Shown piece after piece: positions 14,301-26,500 of a stretch of DNA of 64,000 nt. The notes under the pieces are model-generated. The model searched no databases and was not told where the DNA came from. It saw nothing but the letters and a program-made list of their open reading frames with translations. The translations under genes were made by a program, and so were the position numbers. This DNA comes from Piedraia hortae CBS 480.64 (Eukaryota): contig MU005971.1 in the NCBI GenBank assembly GCA_010093745.1, forward strand, positions 186,001 through 250,000, given 5' to 3'. How positions within the stretch are numbered: position 1 is the stretch's first letter; every line of letters begins with the position of its first letter.

Positions 14301-14798
14301 CTTCGGAGCAGCCGTTTCAAGAAGCAAACAGCAAGGCATCGTCGCGCCAGTGCTCGTACTTACTGCGTCGGTCGCCTCCTTACTCCCCCGGATTACTGTG
14401 CCTCAGATTCAAGTGACCACAGCAGTACTTGGCCCACCGTCGTGGAAGTTTGGAACAGAGGGCCAGTTAAGCATCATGATGCAGTTGCCACCTGCAGACT
14501 CGAGCCACCCTAGCTATCTCCACGAGGCGAAATCGCACGCACAGGCGTACGCCTTCGTGTCTTCACTACGAGGATTCGTGCCCTGTAATCATCAACATCA
14601 CGGCCTGTACGATCACTTTAAGAACCACTTACCCTTGATCTGTGGTGGCTCATTGAAAGCATTTTTCGGCGCTTTGTGAACTTGCCGGGGGTCCCACTTC
14701 CATTGCTGCATGGCGTTAGCCAAGAAGAAACCAAACTGAGGATGTTCAGCAGCAAGACATTCGAATTCAGCGTCCGTGCGATATTTATATGCCGGACG

Positions 14799-14858
14799 TT
14801 GATATAGCGGGCTGATGACGGACGAGAATTCTGTCCGCTATATCAAGGATCCACTGTA
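14799..14858. mobile_element. Solitary terminal inverted-repeat end of a Tc1/mariner-pogo (Tigger-like) DNA transposon or MITE
   Basis: Perfect 12-bp inverted repeat TTGATATAGCGG (14799-14810) / CCGCTATATCAA (14835-14846), followed by GGATCCACTG|TA. The reverse complement TA-CAGTGGATCCTTGATATAGCGG resembles CAGT-start TIRs with a TA target site. No partner end found in the window. Confidence 0.45.
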
Positions 14859-14875
14859 CCCAGGTGATTGAAAGT

Positions 14876-16970
14876 GCATGGTGGTGTGAGGTTGGTGTTG
14901 GATTGGAAGAGAATCAGGCGAGACCGGAAATTGGTGTTTTTGCGGCCACATGAGCCACGTGTTGTTGTGACCTGTGTTGTAGCGAGCTCGTGATGCGGGG
15001 TGCAATTTTACGGGGAGGGATCAAGGCTATAATTTCGATGCCGGAATGGTAAGGGATTCGTTTCTTCTCCACGCACAAGAGTGGTCCATCTCTTTGATCA
15101 AGCACATCCAGATACCTCCTTGCTTTGAGCTTGGCAGAGCGCATGAGTTTTGGTCCGGGAGGAAGACTCGCAAGCTGGGAAAATTACACATGAGCCTCCA
15201 ACAGTGCATGGTCTATTCCTCGTTGGCGAACGGCCTGATCCCTTTGAGCTTTTTAGCTCATCGACGCATCGTAACAAAAATGTCTTGCAGGCTCTCGCAA
15301 ACTGCACGTGCTAAGTGGTGGTACATGTGACCGCACAAATTTCTGTTGAGTTCATGGCATTCACGGGGATTGGTCCACGGACCAAACACGACTCTCACAT
15401 GGTCTGTGCGTCATGTACTTGCATAAATATCATTGTGTTCTCAACTTCTTCTCCTCACCACCAACTTTACTCTTGTCTGAAAACACGCCCCAGCCGTATT
15501 TACATGGGCATGCTCCTGCTACCATGTCGGGACCCAGACACCCGCCACCCCTGACCCACCCAAGGCATGCACACCTGGGCGGATAGATCGCTCAATATAT
15601 ATACACATATATATACACCGCCACTCCTGCCGCTACGATAGGGTGCATTTTACAAGCATTGGCGTTATGATGTGCGTGATACCACTTGGCTTCGGTACAT
15701 CTGGTCAAGCGAGACGTCAAGAAGACACACAAGACACTTGAGTGGTGGCCGATTGTCATCACGGGTTCGAGGTACGGTGCCGAACGATATCAATCTGTAA
15801 GTCCGAGATATTAGTTTGGGAAAAAGAGTTAACTTGGAGCTACAGTCACCGAACTGGCAATTCGTGGTCACTTTTCAGCATATATCGGAACCTAAACAGG
15901 GCAAACGCTCAAACTCTCGAGCAGTCGGCCATCGGTACAATCTTCCTGGTACTCATAGGAGTGCTGTAGAGGCTATCAGCGCGGAAGCCTTGGTGGGGAG
16001 TTTGTAGCAAGTATGAGTGATTTGCTTCCGCGTTGGGAATGGATTCGGCAAGGGCATTGGGACTGGAAGGAATGGAAGACGGCCTGCAAGACTCCTCAAC
16101 CACAAAAAAAGGTCAACCGCATCAAGAAAATCTGACAAGAGAAAGGTCACCCCGTCACGGCTTTTGTCTAGCTCATCGCAGCTTCTGGCCCACCTGCCGT
16201 GCCGCCATCGGCGAGCACCAATACTGACGGGTCTCAAGTCACTGGCTCGCGCGGACAAACACGAAACTTTAGGAGGCGGCTACTTAGAAGAAGGGACCGA
16301 AACGAGCGAGAGCCGGCTGCTCCAACAATCACGCACTTATGAGGCGGGTAGGTGGGTGGCCATGGGGAGCGCTATCAACAGTCCCAGTGAAGCAGGAGCG
16401 TTTCTTGGGGGAACTCTCTCCCAATGGGCGACTCATTCCGGCCGTGCCACGCTCTCTCATTATCGCTCCATGCCGGGTCCCAGTCCAAGTCAAGCTCCTC
16501 ACACGGGTCCGAGTGTGCTGCGTAGCGCCCGATCCGAGGCAGACATCGCGCAGGAGCCCAAACCTTCCCTCTCGAGAAGTCAGCGTCTGCTTGTGGAACG
16601 CGTCGCGATGGCCATTCGTGACCTGGAAAACCAAATGAATGATTTTTGCCGCGAAATGGAAGAAATCCTGACCCAGATGTGCGAAGGCTTTACTCTAAGG
16701 GCTGATCAACTCGTGGAAGCCTGCCACCGCGAGTACAAAGCCTTTCCTAAACAAGATGTCTTTTTCTCGTTCATGCAGGGTGCTTGCTTTGATGAGCAGC
16801 CGCTGGAGACTTCACTTCGCCGTCCTGCTCGTACAGCCAAGTCTGTCTTGGGTGGCTCTGAACAAGCTTAACTCCTCTCCCCGAGGGCTGCTTCCACAGA
16901 CGAAGCGGAGGAGAACGAGTAAGGCGTCGGTGCAAGCTAATGGGTGAATCTAGCAAAGTTTCCTTGCTCC
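14876..16970 (+). repeat. Copy 1 of a ~2-kb dispersed direct repeat (copy 2 at ~46956-48890)
   Basis: Colinear shared blocks: GGTGTTGGATTGGAAGAGAAT, CCACATGAGCCACGTGTTGTTGTGA, CATCTCTTTGAT...CACATCCAGATACCT, TCCTGCTACCATGTC and TGAGCAGCC...GGAGACT...GCTGCTTCCA.AGACG...GCAAAGTT. Confidence 0.85.
16017..16871 (+). CDS. Orphan ORF (up to 284 aa) inside repeat copy 1; predicted helical C-terminal half; possibly a pseudogene
   Basis: Longest ORF in this island. Its C-terminus (FFSFMQGACFDEQPLETSLRRPARTA) aligns with a broken frame in copy 2 (FLFTLSACFAEQPAETQLRCPARNA). No family recognised and the start codon is uncertain. Confidence 0.3.
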   Translation: MICFRVGNGFGKGIGTGRNGRRPARLLNHKKRSTASRKSDKRKVTPSRLLSSSSQLLAHLPCRHRRAPILTGLKSLARADKHETLGGGYLEEGTETSESRLLQQSRTYEAGRWVAMGSAINSPSEAGAFLGGTLSQWATHSGRATLSHYRSMPGPSPSQAPHTGPSVLRSARSEADIAQEPKPSLSRSQRLLVERVAMAIRDLENQMNDFCREMEEILTQMCEGFTLRADQLVEACHREYKAFPKQDVFFSFMQGACFDEQPLETSLRRPARTAKSVLGGSEQA

Positions 16971-17580
16971 TTCTGGATCCCAGACCCTGAGCGATGGTCT
17001 TACCCGATGTCGTGGACTCAGTGACATGGTCTCGGCGACGTGGTCTCGGTGAATTTGACTAGTAAACATTTAAGACATATACACACCTTTTGTCACAATC
17101 AGATACCCCAGCATTACATGTGTGCCATATGGAACCCCCAACAGATAGTCTCGTTCCCCCTTTTATCTCTTCATCTCCCGTCAGCAGAAAGTCTTAACGA
17201 CGTACCCCCGTTATCAGCAAATCTCGCGAGCATGTTCTCTCCCAATATGATGCTAAAGGTATCATATACTCATGCTACATACGCCCCTTCCCCCGCACTC
17301 CATCTTTTTCATCTCGAAAAGGCAACGCTCTCGTTGGAGGGACCTATGGCATATATCGCTTGTTTGCAGTTCAAGGCGTGTTTGCAGCGCATTTTTTCCT
17401 CAGTACTTACAGTTTCTTCCCACGCGGGATTAACGAATCAACGTAATTAAAAATTTCTATCACTTTAATATCCAGCCGTTAGTCTATCAAATACACTCCT
17501 CCCAACGCTCGAACCCATTATCACCGCTTTGCGGCTTCTACTATTACATACACTCTACTCCCCACGCGAAGCATCCCCCC

Positions 17581-20500
17581 TTACCCCAAAATCCTCCCAT
17601 AAGCCCCTCCAACTTCCCTCGCCACCTCCTGCAGCGGCACAATAACAATCTGATGCGTCACATTCGGCAACCTCTCCCTATTCAGCCCAATCCACTCCAA
17701 TGGAGGCGTAGCTTCACCCATATCCCTCAACTGCGGGGTCTCAATAATGGGTGGTTGGAGGGCTCGGTATTCGTATTTTGAAATTGGGAGGTGGACTTCT
17801 GCTGTGATTTTTCCTTGTGTTGGGGTATCTTTCGGGTTTGCTTTACCCAGTTTTGAGTCTTTCCCACTGAGTTTACCACCATTGGAGTAAGCACCGTTCG
17901 AGTTGGCATTCGTATTGCGGTGTGGATTTCCATTCCTCTCGACGCCCTTACCCCCACCCCCCAACTCCCTCCCCGCCGTAATCCTAACAGCCGGCTCAGC
18001 AACCTCTCTCCCCATCTTCGCCATCGCCTTCGAATGACTATTCCACATGGTCTTGATAAAATCAATCCTCGCAAAATTCCAACCCACATCAATCTTCCCC
18101 TCAAACACCGATTTGAACACATAATCTACCACATCCTCATTCGGTCTCGGATCAACCGCCTGCCAGGTTTGCATAACTGCTTTCACTTCAGGGACACGCA
18201 CAATCGTCCCGCCCCGGGCTTGGGTTGCGTTTGATACAATTTCATCGACGGAGACCTCGAGCGCTTTTTGGGTTGCGGTCGGACGCGGGGTTGAGGCTAA
18301 TGCGACTTGGAGTTGACCCATGGTCATGCCTAGGTCCGAGTGGATGCGTGTGTTGGAACGTTGGAGGCCGACCGCGAAGTGAGCTTGCACGGAACGGGCT
18401 TCGAGTTTGAGGATCTGGGGGTCGAAGAAGGTTGTGGGGTAGATGCCGAAGCAGACTGATCCGATGGTTACGACGACGTCGGTTTGGAGGGGGACTGGAC
18501 TTGTTGCTTGGGGTGGTTGTTTCTTTGTAGGTTTGGGGACGGCCGGGACGGAGCCGCTCACGGTTCGCTTCTCGCGGTGGAGTTGGCGTTCAATGTCTTT
18601 GAGAGATTGCGTGTGTGCAGCTTCTTTTTCTTGGATGAGGCGATCAAATGCTTGGTAGAGACCGGCGGCTTGGGCGGGACTGGTGGAGGTGCAGAATACA
18701 TAGGCCTTGGCACAGTCCAGAACTGCTACCAAGCGGTCGTTATCAGGCGTGCGAACGTTGAACATGAGAAAGTCTAGGCCGTCAATGTCACCAAAAGCAA
18801 AAGCTTGGTAATCAAAGACTGCTTTCGCGCACAAGCTTGCGAAACCGGCAGAAGCTTGGATAATGGGTTTCCTATTACTCTCCCCTTCCGGCCATCGGAT
18901 CAATGTCCGCACAGCGAGGCCTTTAAGGTTGATAAATCCACTCATACGTCCGAAACTGTTCATAGCCATTTCATCCAGACCAATGCACAAATTTTGTTCC
19001 CAGTCTGAAGACTTCTGCTGCGACGCCCACAGGTTCGTAATCGCAAACGACGTCTTGCCAATACTCTGTCCAAGATCGAGATTGACCTTGAGCACCGCCA
19101 CAGACACGGTGGCATTCCAAGGAAACGCCGCTGCTGACGCCGCCATGTGGTATCGCTGCACAAAATCATCAGAATGATCCTGGCTGCTCGGATTGGGAGC
19201 TGCATTGCGAATCTCCGGTGGTAGCCAGATTTCTCTAAACAGCAATAAATCCTGCAACTGCTTCGCATTGATGGACAGCGTGGTCGGATCAAACTTGACA
19301 ATGGCGGATATGCCGCTAACACCGCTCAAATGCTTACTGTTCATCAGCGAAAACACGACAGAGTCCATGTCGAAACTAAACGTCGGCTCACGGGAATAGA
19401 CATGCTTCACATATGCTGAGAGCGTCGAAGCCTCCGCAGACATGGCAAAGAAGTGGCCGTGCTCTTGCGTTTCGATAGTATTCATGGTAAGGTAAAAGTT
19501 TCCAAGAGTGGCTTTAGCATCGACCCTGCCGATTGGCTGACATGAAAGTCCAAACTCTTGTCTGCAAATACGCAGGCCGAGATCAACTTTTGTCTTCCCA
19601 AACAAATTTTCCGGATTAGCCGACACAATGGAGTCGTCCTCAAAGAACTTTTGCGTGGGCTTTACTTCTGGCTCTGGCTCTGCATCAGAGTCATCAGTCT
19701 GCATGACTTCCTTGACGCTGTCGGATATCTCCAGAACAAGCGGAACAACGCTCGGTAGGAGCATGTTGCTGGACGCCTCAACCTGCAGCTCACCGTTCAC
19801 CGTCGGCTTCCCGCTGTTTGAGTTATACTCGACCTTAAGCCCAATGCCAGGAGAAGTCAAGGTGGTAGCCGAAGTTTGGCCTTCGTGTGAGTAATATTGC
19901 GTCTTGGACCTTGGCGTAGACGACTGCAGATGCACTTTAGCGCCATCAAAATCCGCCTCAACAAGGAGAGCAGCAAGATGTTTGGTATCAAGCAAATTTT
20001 GTCTTGGAGCCCCCGTGATAGATTGCCAAGTAGCGGTATCCTTCTTAAACCTGTCAATTGCAAACTCTATTGAATTCTGCAGAGACTTGACGGGCACCAT
20101 GAACCGCGAGTCCAGACGAACGTCGAGCGATTTGCCGGAAGCTTTAAACGCTAGACTTCGATCCTTTCCCTGTGACCAGAACCCAACACTAAAGATGAGC
20201 TCTGGTAAAAGAGCGGAGATGGAAGATCGATGTTCTGGGACATGACTCACTTGCACAAGCTGCAGCAGAATATTCCAAATGGCAAGCCGGGCTTGATGCC
20301 CCCCACCGGTAGTGAATTCAATACCGGCCAACGTAAGCACCGCATTATGAGGCTTTTCCCCAAAATGCTCATGAACATGCCAAAAGGCCTGAATATTCGT
20401 CAAAGACGCAGTCGTCTTGACCGAAAGCAAATCCGCTGCTGAGAAGCCGTCCCCTTCGTCGTTCTCAGACCTCAAAACCTTGGGTTTCTTGAAATTGCGC

Positions 20501-23500
20501 GAGTTACGCAACTGGCGAATCCGCTCCATATCCTTCAACAGGTCCAAATCCCTTAGTCTGTCTTGAAGATGGTTGATAACGTCCACAAGCGCCGAAGCCG
20601 TCTCGGGAAAGGCATCCACCACGATGCCATCACTACGATAGTCCAGCTCCCTTGCGACCGTCCCTCCGGGCGTGGTATGCGAGTTGAAATGCATCTTGAT
20701 ACCAAACTTGACGCTCCCGCAGGGCTTGACTTTGTCTTGTTCATCCGTCCAAAGCCTCGCGCCAATATCATCAATTTGAACGTGCACCTCTGGAATGACA
20801 GTGTTTGCATCCGAGAAGGTTTTTCTGTTGGACACGGTGGCATGCAGCGGCCCTATCCCAAACTCCGCTTTTGCTGCAGACGGCTTCCTGGTCTGCGATG
20901 TGCCAGACGAAACCCTCACGCCCGCAAGCGCCAGTCTAAGATCAAACAAGAATCGCTTTTGGTCTACTCCTTTCGCTGTTCCACCAGAACCAAAGTCCTC
21001 GACATGTTGCTGGATATCATCAATGTTCCCTTTGATGGCCTTAAACACCTCCTTCACTTCCGGCCGATGGACAACACCAACAACAGCCTGGACAGCAGCA
21101 GCGTCAATCTCAATCTTCCCAATTCTCGTTGTAGACGATAACAAAGTCTCGATTCTAGCAGTTTGAAAGTGGACGTTGCCACTGATGAGAGGCAGTTCCA
21201 CCATGCCTTGATGCTGATGCTCGCCTCGACTGAGATTGACGAACCCGTGGGTTTGCTTGTCAATGTCAAAGTCCACATCGACACCTTTTCGTCCGACAAG
21301 ACGTGGAGCAACTCGGAGACGGGTCTTGCCTCCCACTATGCGATAGCTAAGGGTCTGAAGGAGGAGGACCTCCATCTCCAAGTCGCCCGCCAGCAGAGCA
21401 ACATTGAGATTGGCGTGTCTCCCCAAAGAGGAGCTTCCCCCCTCCGGCTGGCTCTGTACAAGTTTTACAATCTCAGACACTTCATCAGTGATGACCAGAT
21501 CAACCATGGCCAGCATGCCGGGCATGCTGTCAGCAGTCCTGATACAAAGCGCGTCATATGATGCTGCAATATCGACAGAAGACGGACCACGAATCGGCTG
21601 CGTTTGGTGGACATAGATGCTGGGTGAAACGAGCTTCGTCTCCCACAACTGTCCCGAAGGGCCGTGAAGCTCTGTAATTGCCTGATCCAAATTCACCAAT
21701 GTGTTCATGCACGAAGCATTCTGCTCAGCTGCTTGTGAAGACGTCGCGGTAAACGACACTTTCACCCCCTGCGCTGCTATTACATGTCTGAGGTTGATCG
21801 TCTTCAGCTTAATCGTACCCGAGTCTGTAGCGAAGACAAAGTGCACATCCTGCCTCTGAGACCGTTCAACAACCGATTTGGCTCTGCTACGACTTCGTTC
21901 GCGTCTCTGCACCGGTGGATGGGTCTCCAACTTATCTACTATGGGAAGGATCCTCCTGACAATATCTATCACCGTCCAGTTGAGATCGAGCCTGACAGCT
22001 CCAGTGTGAAGCTGGATGAGCGTCATGGTTCTGGTATTTTCCTTGGCGAGCAGCAGCCCCGTAGGTTTCTTTGGAGGGATCACATCAACAGCGAGCGTAA
22101 AGTCCTCCACCGTGAGCTGGTTGGGCGCCCCTCCGCTTTCGAGAGCAACCCGTAACAGTTGTGAAGTCACTACTAGCGTGAGCTGGCCGCCTTCTGCGCT
22201 GTCCATTGGCAGACCCTCAATGTGCTTCTGCCATATCCGAAAAGCCAGGGTTTCGCCGAAGTTGGGCACGTCCCAGTTGCGCCATTGGCCCCAGCTTGTG
22301 AGGACTTGAGACGGTGCATCTCTTGGGCAATGGAGATCTTTGGAGTCTAGCTTTTGAGTCAGTTCATGCTTCTCACTAGGCTGCAAAGAGTCCAGCATTT
22401 GCCTTAGACGAGAAAGTACTTTCCACGACTCTTGGTTGCGCAGATGGTTTGGGAATGCACGTAAAAGATAGGTCATGCGTGAAAGGAAGGGGGGGTCGGA
22501 ACTGCCTTCGCCGTGCTGGGTGATGGCATAGACGAGGTAGACGAGCTTGTTCCTGGCCTTGTCTAGCGGAGACTCAATTTGTCCCTTAAGCTCTTCCACC
22601 AGTGGAGCAGTCCGCACGGCTAGGCTGACGATCCTTTCAGTCGTCTGCCCAGCTAGCACGACCTCGGACTCGCGAACAGATGCGTGAACGACAGAGTCCT
22701 GGGACAAAACAGCCCAAAGTTGCACATCCCCCACCCGCGCTCGGGCAAGTTGTGTAAGCTCTGATGAACCACCCTGTCGTTGATAAACAGCCGCTTCAAT
22801 GCTGTCCACAGTCGAATATAGGGATACCTTAGTATCCACTTTATTCGCCCGTAGCTGATCTTTCATGCGGACCATAAGCTGAACCCCAAGGAGTCCAACA
22901 TCCAATTGATCAGTCTTTGCATTCGCAAAGTTCATCACCCGTATCTGAGCCCAGGGAACAGTAGCCATGATTTCGACCTCGTTCAGTATTTGTGTTTTTG
23001 CCTTCTGCTTGCCTGGTAGCTTTGAAATAACATCAGACTGATACGCGTCCATGACGTCTTCGGCGGTTCTAGGCAGGACATCGTCCAGAAAATTTACTAG
23101 GCAAGTCACGGCTTTCGACTCGATGAAGCCTCTGATACCCGGCCAGACCCTTATAAACACACCGGTATCCTGCATGTTCTCTTGGAAATCAGAGATTGAC
23201 GAGTCATCGCCCGGCATACCTTTAAAGGCCGACTTAGGCAGGTTATTGGACTGCGGAAAGGGAGGTACGTTCTTCTCACTCGGCTCAAACGATTGGAGCG
23301 GGAAGTTTGGCTCCGCAAAAGGGTTGTCAAGCACTCGCTCAGATCTAAATGATGATGAGCTGGTGTAGAAACTCCTATGCGAAGCAGCCGTGGACGCCCT
23401 ATCGCTCCTCCTGCTCTTTTGCCGCGCAGGAAGTCGAGAAAACCGCCGTGCATTTTGTCCGAAAGAACGAATCGATGATGCGATAGAACGATCAGATCTC

Positions 23501-26500
23501 GATGAAGTCTTGCTCTTAGCTGATGCACCACTTAGGTAAGACCGCATTGACCGTGGCCGCGTGATAGGCTGGCCCATATCGTTTAGCGGGCATGGAATAG
23601 GTGGGACTTGCATGGCTGGAGGGTCCAAATTGTCCGTGCCATCCGGATCGTCCACGGGAAGCGTATCTTCGCGATATAAAAGGAACGGTGTCCTACACGT
23701 TCGCCGATCGCAGTCTCTAACGTACGTCTGCTGGGCTTGTCGCTCTTTTGAGAACTCCGATTTGCGTACGACCACGTTGACCGACACGCCCGTCCGCACA
23801 AATGCAGATGTGGGAAGCTTTTTCGAGTGATCATCAGCTTGTGTGTCGACGCAAGCAACGGTCAATTCTGGCACAGAGACGGTTATTCGCTGAGAAGCCC
23901 ATTCATTTGCCCAATCGTTGCTGTGGACCGTTACCGGCTGAAGCGACACGAGCAAAGCGTCTGTGCCAGCACGGAGCCAGAGACGAATGATGCCTGTTCG
24001 TACTCGTACAAACACACAGCTATGGAATATATTGGGTGATTGCAGCGACAAGGCATTTTCAAGATCTTCAAACGCAAAGGCAAAGGATTGTGCGCTGCGT
24101 ACGAGAGCATGAGTGAAATCACCAGAGCATTCGCCCGTCAAAGAACCGACATCGACGTCAAACTGATCAAAATAGACCGGCTCAAGAGGAGGGGCACCAA
24201 ATGCACGATGCCCGTAGAGGTTGACATGACTAATAAACGCCTGAGGTGGTGAATCCCCAACCGTACCTGTCAGTGAGCCATGTGAGATGGCCAGCGGTGA
24301 AAGATTCAGGCCCAAGTCCAGATAGTAGCTATTGACTCGCAGGTCGAGGTTGTATTGAGCCAGCTGGGCTTTAACATAATTCTCGCACGAGTACAAGTTT
24401 GATGGAAGCAAAAGGGTGGTATCCTCCACGATGATGCAGAGAACAACATCAAGCTCGTTTGGAGTTGGTGGAGGCGCAGGAGTAGTAGTTTTCACATTGG
24501 CTTCCTTCATATCCTCGCTGGCGGTCTGGAACTCTTCCAAAGTCTTAAAGTGAATATAGTCGCCAAAGTAATTTTCCTTTACGTTGATAAATTGGCGAAC
24601 AAGCTGACCGTACGCCTTCAATTCCAGACCTTTGGCCCAAATATCGAAGCGTAAGAGGTCTGTCAATACCGTGGCTGGATGCAGCTCGCCGTTCTGATCC
24701 ATTCCACCGGTCAGTGTCAACTCGGGCAGAGTTGCCACCAGATCGTCTTTGAGAAAGGTGAACAAGGTGTTTCGCGAGGGAGTCAGCATACGCATCCGCA
24801 AAGCATGACCAGCGACATCCCAGGTGATTTCATTGCGTTTGGGCCGGAAGTCTTCCATGGGGATGTCCAGCTTAGCAGTGATGCTCTTTCCCTCGAGGGT
24901 CAGGAAATCATTCTTTGTCAAGTCGGCGGGATCATTGATGATGTTCGCATCGTTGACATTCAAGTAGAAACACCAGTTCCGGAACTCCAGGTTCAGCGTG
25001 TAGACGTAGGGCACAAAGGTGTAGAACTCAGGTGGAGGACCGGATGCCCAATCATTGACAATATCTATGATGAGGAAGAAATGGTCACGCAGGATAAACA
25101 GTTCCAAGTCGTTGCAGACAATGTTAAACGGCCACCGTCTAGGCTCTCTCCATCCCAGCGGATAGCTCAAATCAGCATCCAACGCCAAGGGTCCCGCGCG
25201 CCAGAGCAGGTTGTGGTTTACGGAGCTGGTCATTTCTGTGCCCTTGGCATCTACGTTCAGGAAGTTTTTATACCCGTTGGCACGAGGGAACATGTCCATC
25301 ACGTAGTTGACTGTAGAATCCTGCTTTACCTTGACGTCCAGCCATCCAAAAGGCCGCACGTCCGCAGCAGGAGCATTTTGTTTCCGTTTGCGACTCTTGT
25401 TTCTTTTCTTGTTCTGTTTGCTGGCGTCTTCTGGCGGACGAGGAGTTGGGATATTCTGCCATTGAACATCCTTGGAAGACTCGCGAGTCGGAACCCGAAA
25501 AATCGCGTCTTCCTCGACACAGACGTGAATCTTGAATACCGTCCAAACACGCGTGTCACCAGGCTTGAGCCGATGGGCAGGTGTAGCATCGACGTAGGAA
25601 GAGGGGAAGAAGGCTTGCTGCAATCTCACGCGCTCTCGGTCTGCCCAGGGGCCGTACACAACAGTGGCACCGTGAACATAAAACTCCATGCCGTATTCAG
25701 GAGGTTCACTGCCGTTGATGTCTTCTGTCAATGCACTGCCCGGTTGCTCTAGTGGAACGTAGCCTGGTACATCAAAGAAGAAGCGGAAGCCGAGCTCCTT
25801 GCAGTCCATGATGAGTGAGGATCTGGCATACTCGATGTTGTTCCAATTGCTACCATCACTGGGCCCGCTGTCGTCAAGATATCTCGACAGACCATGCCAT
25901 TCACCTTCTTGCAACCATTCCTGATCGCGCGAGGGTTCGTCGGTAGCAGATTTCATGGACCAAGTCTTGATCGATCCAGCGGTTGATCCGTCAGCAAAAC
26001 ATGACATTAATTTTCGCCAAGTTCTTTGAATTCGGAACCACAGCATGGGGCGAGAGCCAGGCAGCTTCCCAGCCTTTCCCTTCTTCTCACGAATGACCTT
26101 TATAGCTGCCTCTTTTTGGTTCTGCTTGTAGTCAGCATTGGGCTTGAGCTGAGCACTGCAAGTATCGACATCAAAGTCGAGGAGTAGCTTGTAAAGATCA
26201 AGAGGGCCCGATTGTCCCGCGTCGATGACTCCAAAAGCCCGCTCCAGCTTAGCAACTACAATGCTGGTCGTATTTTCATTGCCAATGGCGGCAGCAGCAC
26301 GCTTGCATTCAATTTTCACCGGCAGCAATTGGAGCCATGCTGGTAATTCCGACATAGCTGGAGGCTTGCTAGAGTCTGTTCTTTTGTGTTCCTTTGCAGA
26401 CGAGTTTTCAGAGAACGTAAAGCCGTCCATATTTGCAGACTGTTCCTTTGCCTTTTTCAAGGTTGCATCGACCATCATTTCAAACGCCGGGGTTCGGTTA

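Noticed and set aside
14811..14840. CTGATGA hammerhead-like core (also near 55161)
   Set aside because: No downstream GAAA with closing stems.
24679..25752. 357-aa plus-strand ORF, and many other long antisense ORFs such as 42422-43351 and 10191-10946
   Set aside because: Antisense shadows of long GC-balanced CDSs with no recognisable motifs.
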